Source of the DNA: Camelus dromedarius | Taxonomy: Eukaryota | NCBI RefSeq assembly: GCF_036321535.1 | Contig: NC_087451.1 | Location: 46,252,001-46,316,000 of the forward strand | DNA length: 64,000 nucleotides | Direction: 5' to 3' | Part shown: piece after piece, positions 1-18,096 of the stretch | Layout: every line of letters begins with the position of its first letter | Position numbering within the stretch: the stretch's first letter is position 1 | Made by a program: the position numbers and the translations under genes | Notes under the pieces: generated by a model | What the model saw: only the letters and a program-made list of their open reading frames with translations | Told to the model about the DNA's origin: nothing | Database searches by the model: none

Positions 1-150
1 GTGACCTTTGGCAGTATTTTAGCTGCTTTGGCTCTTATTTTGCTCACACACACACATACACTCACACAGAGTGAGGATAATAAATTTTTCGTGAGGAACC
101 AATGAGATAATAAATGCAAAATGTTGGATACAGTACCTGGCACGTAGCGT
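1..150. mobile_element. MIR remnant with a short CA run
   Basis: GTGAGGAACCAATGAGATAATAAATGCAAAATG...CAGTACCTGGCACGTAG MIR core. Confidence 0.65.
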
Positions 151-1104
151 TCAAGAAGCATCAACTTTCAAAAGTAGCAAACATTTCTTGAGCACCAGCA
201 GTAAGCTAACCTCGGAAATAAAATGAAAAGACATCATCCCGTTTCAAAGAAAGGGCGTACAAATAAAAAACAGCATTCTCACTACTCAAAGGCAAAGGCA
301 GTTTAGAAAATGAACTTATAAATTTGCCTGGAGAGACAGGTAAATAGAAACCTTGGAGGAGGAAACATTTGACTCAAGATCCCTTGAAAAGCCGAGGCTC
401 ATGTTTATGCTTGTTGCCTTTCTGGTGATTCAACCTAAACATGTTGGTGACGTCATGACACGGTGTTGGAAACTGATTTTACTGGCTGTTTTCTACATGT
501 GAAACATCTGTTGTTTTGTCTTCATTTCATAGACTCCTTAAGAGCTGTACAAATGACTTCTTGCATAGGGAACAGATTGATTCCCATCACTTTAAAGTGT
601 TGGCATCCTTGATGCATGTTGCTGATGCCTTTAAGGAGAGAAGGCAGGGAGGATTATAACTGCTTGTCACTCTCTGGAAAAGCTGGAGCTGGAGGTGACT
701 GGGATAAATGGGGTAGGGACTACAAATGGGAATGCAGAAGGATTTGTTCTCCCGGAGAGGATGGAAGGTTTACAGGTAGCTGTCCTTTATCCATATGCAA
801 AAATGAATATACAGAAAGCTTTTTATTGACCAGAAACTCTGCTACCAAATTGAAGTATCTTTCTCATTTCACCAAGTGTGTTAGCAGTGAACTTGGGAGT
901 TAGAGATACTGCCCTGAGTGGAAGAAATATCAGACTTTTCTTTGGGTTTTCTGCTCCCTTAATGTTAACCCAATCCCTCACCTTAACAACATACAGGAAG
1001 ATGTTAAAAGCTGTGTTTACTCTTTGTCTGCTTCTACACCAGCAACTGCCATGTTAGAGAAATTTAATTGGCATCTAACAGAAATCATCTGTTTCCTTAC
1101 AAAA

Positions 1105-1200
1105 GTCACAGAATCATGAGAATTTAAGAGCTGGAAGAACCTCAGAGAGCTTGTAATTCAGCCTCTTCATTTCACAAATGAGGAAACAGTGGCCCCAGGA
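1105..1200. mobile_element. MIR remnant
   Basis: CTTCATTTCACAAATGAGGAAACAG core. Confidence 0.6.
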
Positions 1201-1799
1201 AACAGCTGTTTCAAAACTCTCTCATGGGGTTTTGGTCAGCACTTGCGTGATGGTGACTTGACGAGACCCATGTACCTTTCAACTGCAGTAGACACAAATG
1301 AATTGTATTCCCTCCACATTTGTAAACTGAGGAAGATACAGACCAAAGTAAAACTCTGGCCAGTCCCAAGAGAAGCCAGTAATATTACAGTTACTGTATT
1401 GGTGCTATGTGATCGGTGCTGAGTGAAAATGACTTGATTCCAATCCATTCAAGTTCAGGGCATCTGGCCCAAGAACTTTTAAATAAGAATGACACTGTCA
1501 ACAACAACAACACAGTCACCAAGACTGGATCGTATCTTGACCCAAAGCCAAAAGACAGTGCCGCAGTACGGCAGTACCACAGAAAAGTCTGCAGCCGTGA
1601 TATTCCACCTCGATGTGTACTTTAAGGAACTGCTGGATTCTGTAGCAGGATTTCATGTTTTTCAGAGCGATGCTCCTCTGGAGAAATTCCAGCAGTTGGC
1701 AGGACACGGAAAAGACATCTTTGGCGGTCAGAAAGGCCATTTCCTTAAGGCTCCCATTTGGAAGCAAGAGTGCTTGGTAGATAAGCCAGGCGGGCAGAT

Positions 1800-8323
<6,524 letters not shown>

Positions 8324-9630
8324 GTGCTCCCGGGAGTCAAGCAGTAAGGGTGCCTCCCCACACTAGCTGCCTCCTCCACTCCAGTATTCTGTGGACCAAA
8401 CTGTGCCCTGGGTGGCCTCAGCCTTTTGGGTACTGATAAGCAGATGGCTTTGAGTTTTTCTAAAGAGTATTCAGATTACCTCCCTCTTCTAACCTGCCCC
8501 TTTGGCAAAAGCACTTTTCTTGTAATAATGACTATTGGATCCTGTCAGACCTCTGTCAGCAGCACGGCGGTTTGAACGCAAGCCCAAAGTGATAAGTAGT
8601 GGGGCACCTGCCTGGCCCTGATGGAGGTGGGCTCCCCACCTGTCCAACCACTAAGGGCAGTATCCACACTTCCTGGGTCAGCAGAAGCAAGTGATGACTC
8701 GGTTCTCAAAATAATTTCTTGTGACACTGGCCTTGGAAAATTGTTGTGGGTCGGCAGTTCTTCACTGTTTGCTAGATAACCCACTGGTCCTTTGCCTCAT
8801 CCTTTCATCCGTGTGCCAGCGTTGAATTCTCCTATCTACCGACTTCCAATCAGAAATCTCAGGCAGGAGGCAGGTATGGGAGCCTGAAGCACTTGAGTAG
8901 GTAGGAAGGCCAACAGGTCAGCCCCTCTGCAGGCTGACTTGGCAAGACCAATGTCCAACTTGTGAGCCTGTTGCCAACAGTCACAGATGTTACTCCCTTT
9001 TTACCATGGCCCCCAAGCCCAACTTTCCGCACATCCACACACACGGAACGTGCTTGTTAAAAACTATAGGGGTAAAGTGAAATGATGGCTACCGCGCTAT
9101 TCACTGGGTAACCCCACCCTCTGACACTGTCCTTTTCATATGAAGTGGAAATGGACTTCTGTATTCTCAATCACAAGACGTCTCACCTAGATTGCTTCCT
9201 GATAAGCCAGAGCTTGTGGTCCAAAGCCTGTACCTATGTGAGTTACCACCATTTAGCCACAGAAGGCTGGAGACTAAGAATACAGGACAGCCCTGGCCGA
9301 AGTACGTGGACTGACTCCTCCACCTGCTGTTTGCAAAAAGGATCCTCTGGTGCCAACACTAACTGTCCCTTATCAACAGGGATGGATTTTAGAAACTGCT
9401 ACCATGAAGTTTTTTCCCAAGTGGTAGTGAAAAACTAGATTTTTTAAAGTGCCTTTTAATTCAGTGTTGTCCGTGAACTTTTGAAGTACTGAGCGTGTAA
9501 CAGTGTCTCAAATTTTGACTATTTCAGTCTTTAATGGGTGCCATTTAAAAAAAGTAAAATGCTGGTTTTTTGTTTTTTTTTTTTACTGTTTTGTTTACTG
9601 TCGGTGTATCTATAAATCACCCCTGTGGTG

Positions 9631-9636
9631 ATTAAA
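9631..9636 (+). terminator. Candidate TLCD3A polyadenylation signal ATTAAA
   Basis: About 1.3 kb after the stop, after a U-rich stretch. Confidence 0.5.
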
Positions 9637-10778
9637 TTGCACTAATATTTTCCAACTTATTCTCGTTTGTGAAATACATCCATGCCTAAGACCCATCCTG
9701 GAACTGACTGGAGTGGCTGCATCGTGTGCTGTTGTCTCTGGTCTGTGTTCTTATCTGTGTATCTGGCAGAGGTGGGGTTGGGGGTGGGGGAGGGGTACAT
9801 GAATGCTTTCAGCCTCCAGAAGGGCCTAGCTCCTCCCTCATCTAACATGTCTCTGTCATTCCTGCTTCCAAGAGTACACTGCAGGGTTCTAGAGTCCAAG
9901 CCCAGTGGTCACGTAATGTCAAGGCCTTTCTTCTCTTCCCAGGTGAATCCCAGTTAGGAGTCGGGAGGGTGGAAGCCCAACTGTAGGCCACAGAGCCAGC
10001 CCACTTTAGGCGAGGGAGGGAACGCCAATACTGCCCTATCGTGATGGTGTGGATCCAAAGGAGGTGACGAGGCACCTCCTTGGTCCTTCCTTGCCTCCCA
10101 ACTGAACACCTCACCAACCAGTCCTCAGAGTTCTGTGAGTTATCCTGGGCGCCTTTAATCTGCATTTTCACACATCTGCACACACCATTCCCTGCTCCCA
10201 CTCTCCAAAACCATGACAACCCACCCCAGGCAGAAGACAATTATACCAATCCTTCAAACATGTCTTTGCTCAGCTTACCAGACAGTTTTACTATCGCTTC
10301 TTTTGGATCCAATGAATGGATGGAGTTAATTAAGACTGTGCGGCAGAAGTGCTCGATCCAGAAGACACACGTTTTCCTGAGGTCATTCATCTACCCCTCA
10401 ACGTTTAATTTTCTTGGTCCAATCCTCTCCTTTTACAGTGGTTACAGGACTTTGGGGCCCACAAATCACATGGCTAACTGGTGGCAGAAAAGAGTCCTTT
10501 TCCTGGTTGCTGCCCCTTCCAAGAAACTGCAAAATAACTCTTAAAAAGAGAATTTCACTACAAAAGAACACATGGACCTCATAATTTGTCCACTTGGGTG
10601 ATTTCACCTTTAGGTTTATTTGCCAAATTCTAGGGTGAAGAAGTCCAGCTATGAACATGTTCCTCCCAGCTTGACTTGACCTTTAAGACGGGGCTGAGCC
10701 CAATTTCAGAGAATATTGATGAGCTCAGATAGTGATGAGACAGGCTCAAAAGAGACAAGATGAAACTCAAAAGAGAAT

Positions 10779-10784
10779 TTTATT
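10779..10784 (-). terminator. GEMIN4 polyadenylation signal AATAAA
   Basis: About 160 nt after the stop, with a U-rich downstream region; a second AATAAA lies at 10615-10620. Confidence 0.7.
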
Positions 10785-10941
10785 ATAATTTATACGTTAC
10801 AAATACCTAAGAAACTATTTTCTTTACACTGTCATTGTCATATTTATGGGCTCACATAACCAAAAAAAGTTTGTGTTTCTCAGCTCCAGCCCTCACAGAC
10901 CCCACTAAGCAGAGACCCAGCTGTTTTCTGAGCCACAAAGT

Positions 10942-13900
10942 TCAGAAGTTGCTGATCTTCTGCAGGAGGGTTTGGCGCCGCTCCTCAGGGCTAATGTTCT
11001 CAGCGATGGACTTTAAGAAGCGCTGCTCGTTCACCTTCTGGAGCAAGGAGCTAACGGAAGTGTTGGTCTTGCTCAGGGTTTCGTAGCAGGTGAGGATCTC
11101 CAAGGCCAAGACGTAGAGGGGGTCACACACCTCTTGGTGGAGCATGGCCATGATGTGCAGAACATGACAGAACACCTGGGTATAAAAAAATAGGGTTTCC
11201 TGGGTCAGGTTCTGTTCCTGTCCTTGGGCCCAAGGGCCAACTGATTGTATCAACCTAACTGAGTCCAGGAGGTTGGTCAGACTGTTACACAGGAGTCTGA
11301 CCACATGAGTCCAGCCTTCCATGGGAAGCCAATTGCGACAACTCTGGCTGCAGAGAAACTGGAAGGCTCTCAGCAAGAGCACAGAGAGCTGGAACTCCTG
11401 GGCAAAGGGCTTCAGGTTGAGCAAAGGCATGAACTGAATGTACTCCAAGCTGTAAGGGACATGCAGGAGCTGCTTCTCCAGCAGCCTCCTGGTCAGCCGT
11501 TGGAGGTACTGCCACTCATGGGGGCTGCACCAAGGCATGATTTGCACCAGGGCTACCAGGAAGCCCTTGCTGAACAATCTGACCTCCTCAGGGTTGCCCA
11601 CATCTACCACCAGGAGGGCGAGCATCCGCTCCGAGAGGCCGCTAGACATGCAGCAGCACTCTACCCAGGCCAGCAGGCCTGTGCCGGGCCCGTACCCAGG
11701 GTGGGCCTGGGAGGTCCACTCATCCTCAGGAAGCTTACAGATCTCAAAAAGCGTGGCCGGCACCTCACACTTGAAGTGGCCATCAAAGAAGTTCTTCAGT
11801 CTCAGGCCCACGGTCCAGTCCAGCTGCTCCAGCTTCCGGTGGAGCCAGGACAGGGACTTGACCCAGATGTCTGGGGAGAAGGTCTCGGCATTGGCTAAGA
11901 CCACCTCGCAGAGGAGCTCCAGGATGTGGATCGCTCGGTCCTTGCCCTCCAGAGTGAGGCACCGCTGCTCCTTGGGGAGCTGCCAGTATCTGCTGAAGCC
12001 ATCCAGGAGCTGGCACAGGCTGAAGATGAGCGGGAACGGAGAACAGGCCTGCAGCCAGTACTCCTCTAGGCATGCGTTTCCTTCGAGAGTCTGGGTGAAG
12101 ATCCTCAGGCCAAGGTCCACCTCTTTGGCACCCAGCATCAAGAAAGGCAGGACGAATTCCTTGAGCACCTCATCTGGTTCAAGAAGAGCAGCAACCGGAA
12201 TCCCTTGGGGCTTCACGGGACTCACCAGGCAGCTCAGGAGCTCCAGAAACTGCTTCTCTTCCCTGGGCGTGGATAACTTCGTCCAGACGGTTTCTTTGAG
12301 GCATGACACCACAAAAGTGGTGGATGGATTTCGACCCTGCTCCTCCGTGAACCTGAGGGCGGGAAAGGCAGTCAGAATCTGTGCCAGGAACTTGTGGGTG
12401 CCGAGATTGACCACAGCCAGGCTGCACACCTTCTTCACCGTGACCTCCGGGTGCAGAATCACCAGGCGGGCCACAGAAGCTATGGCTTTCGCCAAGCCCT
12501 GTTCGGATGCGCTCTGCGCGAGCTGGTTAAAGGTCGTGTTGAGGTCTTCCTGAAACCCCTCCAAGTAAGCCAACAACTTCTCCGAGAGGCCCTTGCGCCC
12601 CCAGGAAAGCAGGACGCCTGAGAGGACTTTATTTTTATCTGGCAGTGAGAGGTGTGCGTAACACTCCAGGATCAAGCCAATCACTTGTTTGATCTGAGGC
12701 TCAGGGACGGCCCAGTCATTCGTGCCGACGTCCATCACTGTTTCCAGCAGCTTTAACACCAGGCCTGGCTCTTGGAAGAGGGCCCTGTTGTTGGCCAGAC
12801 AGGCCAGCCACTCATCTGAGAAGGCCCACTTCTTCTCAGAAGCAAAAATGTAGCACATTTCCATGTGCCGGTCCATCTTCTGCTCGATGATGGCCATGGC
12901 GATGGAGGCAGTGATGTCCTTCTCCGGGCCCTTGTTCTCCAGCACCCTGTTGGTGTTTCTCAGGAAGTCCCCTACACACTCCACTAGCTCAGAGACCACC
13001 TGCCTCTCCTCCTTGGACAGGCTGGTGGTCTCCAGGTAGAGCTTCAGATTCTGGCTGAAGGAAGTCAGGCTGTCGCACAGCCGGTAGCTGTCGTAATTCA
13101 TCCCCTGGCTGCTGCTGAGCACGGCCTGCAGCTCCTCGCCCCACTCCCGCAGCAGGCTGCGCAGGAACTCGAACCCCACGAAGATGGTCTCGTTTGGCAG
13201 TTTGGCCAGGGAGGTCAGGCTGACATCCCGCTCAGCCTCCTTCACCTTCTCGGCCAGTGCTTGCTGGTGATATGGGTTTTGGGTGTCCGAGTTCCACACA
13301 GAGATCACCGTGGCCAGCTTGTCTAGATACACGGTCGCGGACACTTCCTGAGGGTCATCCTCCATCAGTGCGAACACGGTCAGCATGTCAGCCAAGTTGG
13401 CTAAGGTGCAGCACTTCATCCCGGGGCACAGGATCCTGCTCTGGATCTGCTTCAGCCCGGTGAGCAGCATGGCCAGCAGCGGCATGGTTGGACACACGTC
13501 TGGGTCTGACTTAAACCTCTTTGGAGGGTGGGAGAAGTCATCCGAGGAGGCCAGGTACTTATGGGCCATCGTCCGGAACTGGGAGAGCAGGGGGTCCTGC
13601 TGGTTGCCCTTGTGCTTCATCATCTCCCACCAGACGTCAAGGAAAAAGGCCACGTCCTTTGAAGAGGTGTCAATAGTCATGTGCTCCAAGAAGCGCTCCA
13701 GTTCTGCCCGGCAGATGGTGGTGGGCAGGGCCATGAGGAGCTGGATGAAGAGGCTGGAAGCTTCCAGGGACTTGAGCAGCTCAAAAAGGACTGTGTGATT
13801 GATGGTGGGGATCATGTTGCCCACAGAGAAGAACACATCCTCCTGCCACCGAGTTTCCGTGTCAGAAGGGGTGGTGGGGTAGGGCTGAAGAACCTTGGCC

Positions 13901-14111
13901 CAGATGATGATCAGAGCCTTCTTCTTCCAGGCGAAAGGCTGGGAGCATGCTGTGGCGGAGGAAATCTCCCTCAGGGCCTCCACAATGGGCCGCCCAACGT
14001 GCTCCCAGTCCGACTTCGTCAATTCTGCCAAGGCTTTGGGGCGGAACAGCTGCTCGGCCAGCAAGAAGCCCCCGTGCAGAATAGTCATTTCTTCACAGAT
14101 ATTCAAAGGTC
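10942..14111 (-). CDS. GEMIN4: GEMIN4 coding exon 2 (3170 nt)
   Basis: Acceptor TCTGTGCAG|GA (AG at 14113-14112); uninterrupted frame to stop at 10942-10944. Confidence 0.97.
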
Positions 14112-17100
14112 CTGCACAGACAGAGTCGAATAGGATGGAATGTGGTGAAAATTCTTCAGAAGAGAAAGCAGAGGTTAGACAGAGACAGCAATCAGTGGAC
14201 TGGCTGTCACCGTCAGGGGGAGAGATGATGAGGGTTCTAAACGAAATCAGTGGGAGGGGGAAGAAGGGATGGATCTAAGAGTTGGAGTCAAAAGGACCCA
14301 CCTGGGGAATAAAAAAAGGACTCCCACACTCTCTAGCCTGGAACTAGGAAGACAGCGGGCACCACTGGAAACAGGAACACGCAAGATGGACTTGGAGGCA
14401 AACCCTGATTGGTTTTGGCTATTTGGAGTTCGAGGCACAACACTAGGGTAGAGGCATTCTCCAGCAATGGAAATGCGGGGCTGAAGCTTGGGAGTAAAGT
14501 CAGCCTTGAAATGTGACTCAGGGAGAAGCCTGCCCAGAGGGGATGAATGGAACCAAGGAAGCAAATGAGATCCTGCAGGAAAAGCACTGTGTAAAGGAAA
14601 AGCTGGATTGCTGAGGGAAGGCCCTTGAGCAGAAGGACGGGCCAGCAGAGGATTTGGAAGGAAGGGCTGAGAGAGAGCAAGCAGGAGGAAGCACAAGGAC
14701 AGTACCAAACTATAGCGGCCACCAAGTACGCACTGTAGGACATGACAACTGAGCTTCCAAGTAACAGTACACAGGAGGAGGGGCAGGGAACAGAGCTGTG
14801 GGCACACAAGCACTCAGACAAGCCCTGCCTTCCTTCTTTTTCTCTTAAACCCCTGTCTTGCAAACAGATTTCCTATGTCAGGCCTCTTAGGGAAAGTTCA
14901 ATTCCCACAGCTCTTTCCATGGAGAACAAGCTACTTAATGGTCCTGGTTCTCTGGTGGAAACCAAGAGGTAGATAGAAAAAATACTGCATTAGATTCAGA
15001 AGTCCTTCCTTCAGAAAGTCACGAGTTGATAGAGACTTATCAAGAAAGGCATCTTGAGGGGGGCAGGGTATAGCTAGGAGGTGGAGCATGTGCACGAGGT
15101 CCTGGGTTCAACCCCTAGGATCTCTATTAAAATAAATAAACCTAATTAACCCCCCCAAATTAAAAACACCACCAAAAACAAACAAAAAGTTTGTGGAAAA
15201 AAACGCATCTTGGGATGTTTAATCAGACATGAGTTTAAATCCTAGGTCTGCTATTTAAAAGCGGTGAGATCTTAGCTTACTTCTCTGAGCTTCCCTTCTT
15301 CATATGTGGCGATAATACAGACTTCACATTATGACAGTGAGGATCAAATAATATACACTAGACCAGCCCCGGGCACTGGGTCTGTGCTTGCTGTTGGCTC
15401 CTGATCCCACCTCCCAGGGCTACTGAGCATTAAATAGGAAATAGCTACAGTAAGACTCAGGCTACAAAGAGCCTGATTAAGTGCTCACTAAACGCTGGCT
15501 CCCCTAAACCTTTCCACTGTTGGCAGGACCAGAATCTTGTCACTATTCTTTGCCTCCCCCAGCTTAGAAACAGGACATAGGTCTTTCTCAGGCATGTCTC
15601 CTTTGGCCCATAAACTAAATCAGAGTGAAAACACTGCTCACTCTTCAATATTCCGGATTCCTCTCCCCCATCCCAGGGCCCCTTCCTCACTCCCTCATGA
15701 CCCCAAGAACACATCTTCCCCATTTTTAGAGGCCAGGAGCCAGCAGAGAATCGTGATTCCAGGAGACTATCCTGCCCCTTCGACCATTTAAGGGAGCAGC
15801 ACTCCTATACCACTCACTGGTGAAGGCAATCCATCTCGGTGGCCCAGTGGCCAGGGCAGACTGTAGAGGGGGGAACAGTGGGGTGGGGCTGGGGGTGTTA
15901 GGTTGCTGAAGAGTCTCTCTGAGGGTTCAGGCCCTTCTTTCTGGTTCAGGCTGCTCTCCTAGGGCCCCCCAAAATATGTTCCCTTATGACTCTGTAAATT
16001 TGATTTTATTGCACTATCAGCTCAGCTGCGCTACTTGAAGGAGTAAGTCCCAGAAGCAGTTAACGGCTGGGCAAATCCTGAGCGTTTTATCACTGGTTAA
16101 CTGGTGCTAGTGAGTGCCCACTCCATATGTTTACTAAATGCTTACTCCCTCCGTACCAGGCACTGTGCTAGGTGGTATGTGGATGAGATCTCTTAATCTT
16201 TTTGAGGCCCATTTCTGTTTCAGAGATGGGAACATTAAGACTCAGAAACAATTTGCTAAGTATGCCAGAACTACAAAGTGGTGGGGCTGGAACAGAAATC
16301 ACCACAGGTGCAGGGCTCCAAACTCTACCCTGACGAGCTGGCTGGAGCCAGGGGCCAGAACATCTCTCTACAGTCTACTGATGCTGGGACATCTTGGAGT
16401 GTCTCAACACAACTCTCCCAGGACAGCTCTCTGATCTTATTCCCTTAAGAGCACGTCCAGCCAGGAGGTGGGTGGGTAGTGGGAAGGCTGGGCAAGGAGT
16501 CTCCAACTTATACTAGCTATTCCCGACCCCCGACCCCCGACCCTGCCTCTGAGGAATCACGATACACGTGCCATCTCGGCGGCTGCAACCCCTCCGCACA
16601 ACTGCAGGTCTGAAGGACGCTAGCTCTGCGAAAGGCACCGGACGGGACTCGGTACACACGTGATCTCAAGGAAAACGTTCCCCAAACTGTGAGGTGTATA
16701 CTACCGTATATCACCATCCCGTTTTATTCACGAGAACCTCAAAAGAGTTAAGATACTTGCTCAAGAACTCAGTATAAATGAAACCGTCGGGGCATCTGGC
16801 ATTCCCCGGGGCGTCCTCCGAGCCCTGCTTTCTCCAAAGCACGTGCCCGAACCTGCCCACAGTCGGGAACACTAACTTCACATCCGCTTGGCCCTTCACC
16901 TGGAAAGGGGCCAGGAGCCGGCAAAGGGCGGGCGGAGGAGCTGCAGGTCCGGAGCTAGAGCCCAGCCGACCCCCGGTCTCCAGGACACCCCCGGTCTCCA
17001 GGACACCCCCAGTCCCCAGGATACCCCCGCCCTCCCAAATCCCTCCCCGACCCGGAGGTCCCTCTTAGTCCCGGCCCACTCAGCACTGTGGTCGCCGGTT

Positions 17101-17158
17101 GCCGGACGCGGCCCACGCGGGCCCGGGGCAGGGGAGCGGAACACCCACCTAGGTCCAT
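10942..17158 (-). CDS. GEMIN4: Gem-associated protein 4 (SMN complex), spliced CDS complement(join(10942..14111,17149..17158)), 1059 aa
   Basis: Exon 1 ATG GAC CTA G in a perfect Kozak context (GCCGCCATGG) joined to the 3170-nt exon 2 gives [26 protein letters not shown]...[12 protein letters not shown], recognised as GEMIN4. The ORF-track start at 14106 is an internal TTG. Confidence 0.97.
15058..15204 (+). mobile_element. Vic-1-type tRNA-Ala-derived SINE
   Basis: Degenerate tRNA head, CCTAATTA-Cn-An tail; direct repeat GCATCTTG at 15049-15056 and 15205-15212. Confidence 0.85.
15213..15380. mobile_element. MIR remnant
   Basis: GAGTTTAAATCCTAGGTCTGCTATTT...GTGAGATCTT...CTCTGAGCTT core. Confidence 0.6.
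16522..16543 (+). repeat. 7-bp tandem repeat (CCCCCGA) x3
   Basis: CCCGACCCCCGACCCCCGACCC. Confidence 0.9.
16970..17023 (+). repeat. 18-bp tandem repeat x3 (CCCCCGGTCTCCAGGACA)
   Basis: Two identical units plus one diverged unit in GEMIN4 intron 1. Confidence 0.9.
17149..17158 (-). CDS. GEMIN4: GEMIN4 coding exon 1 (10 coding nt)
   Basis: ATGGACCTAG|GTGGGT on the minus strand; phase 1 matches exon 2. Confidence 0.92.
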
Positions 17159-17387
17159 GGCGGCGACGCTGGCGGCGACGCGGGCCGCCCCTCCCCCGCC
17201 ACGCCGCCAGGGCGGTGCAGGCGTCACGGCACAATGGGCGGCGCCGGGGGGCGGGACAATGGGCCGCGCCTGAGTCCCCGCCCGCAGTCTCAGCTCCGGC
17301 TCCGCGCGGTCAGCCGCCGCTCTCCGCAGCTCCGCGCGCACGCGCGGTCCCACCAACGCGCCCGCGGCGTCGGGAGCGCCTGACCCA

Positions 17388-17406
17388 CAGCGCCCTCTAT
17401 CGGCCA
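17388..17406 (-). promoter_or_regulatory. CTCF/CTCFL-type motif
   Basis: Minus strand TGGCCGATAGAGGGCGCTG vs consensus TGGCCACCAGGGGGCGCTA; one clearly off-consensus base. Confidence 0.65.
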
Positions 17407-18020
17407 GAGGCCTCCAACCAGCCAACAGGCAGGTACCCAAGACAGGTCCGGCCGAGGAGCGCCCCGCCCCTCCTTCTCCCCCGGCCCCGCCCTAAAATCG
17501 CCCGCCCCCCTTATCCAGGCTCTGCTCGGCTCAACCACGTGTCTGTGCGGTCCCCTGACTCCTGAGCCGCAATCAATCCAACCCATTAGCTCCTTCCCTG
17601 GCCCCGCATTCTTCCGCACCCAGCTCCCCTTCACAAAGCCGCTTGCTAACCCGCTCAGACGCACCGCTGCTTGAGAGGCTTCCTCCAACGCAGGGAGAAG
17701 ACTCGCTCTCGCTCTGACCTGCCTGGTCCCCTCAGCGCTTCTTTGGACAGCGGCGGCAGCTCCATAATTTTCTGGCATCATAGACGCTTTTGAAATGTTA
17801 ATAGGTTGTCCTTCTCCCCAGAAAATGCACCCTGCGAACCAGAACACCTGTGGGAGAGATCTAATCCAATGGGTCCCAGTTTGCATTCTGTACTTTTTAT
17901 TAAAACATACATTCGATTTCTCACTGAGGAAACACAAACATCCTATGTTCTTCCCACACATTACCCAGTCTCCTCGTTCCCTTTCCCTCCTTCCCAGGCT
18001 TAATCACCATCCTCAAGTGT

Positions 18021-18041
18021 TTCTAACTCTCCATCCTCCAG
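18021..18041 (+). promoter_or_regulatory. Probable 3' splice site of a DBIL5 5'UTR intron
   Basis: Branch-like TTCTAAC (18021-18027), pyrimidine tract and CAG ending at 18041, 55 nt before the ATG. Donor uncertain (candidate CAG|GTACCC at 17433). Confidence 0.55.
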
Positions 18042-18096
18042 GTTCTAGCGCCAGATCCCCTAGAAAAGGCAGAGGGGCCCAGCCTCAGCTGCCCTA

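Larger units (their letters stand above)
16540..17710. promoter_or_regulatory. CpG island, bidirectional GEMIN4/DBIL5 promoter
   Basis: CpG-dense; contains the GEMIN4 start, GC boxes, an NRF1-like GCGCACGCGC (17336-17345), a CTCF-like motif (17388-17406) and E-boxes. Edges approximate. Confidence 0.88.

Noticed and set aside
448-455. Isolated full CRE (TGACGTCA) about 2 kb upstream of TLCD3A
   Set aside because: Single 8-mer with no supporting CpG or motif context
11285-14278. Plus-strand and off-frame ORFs over GEMIN4 (e.g. 338 aa at 11537-12553)
   Set aside because: Antisense or frame shadows of a long GC3-rich coding exon
14247-14863. Two overlapping 176-188 aa ORFs in GEMIN4 intron 1
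   Set aside because: Pyrimidine-rich strand giving L/S/P/F-rich low-information peptides; no splice or Kozak support
16888-17565. 225-aa plus-strand ORF and the ATG at 17157 opposite the GEMIN4 start
   Set aside because: CpG-island artefact; low complexity, no recognisable domain, weak -3 context for the 17157 ATG
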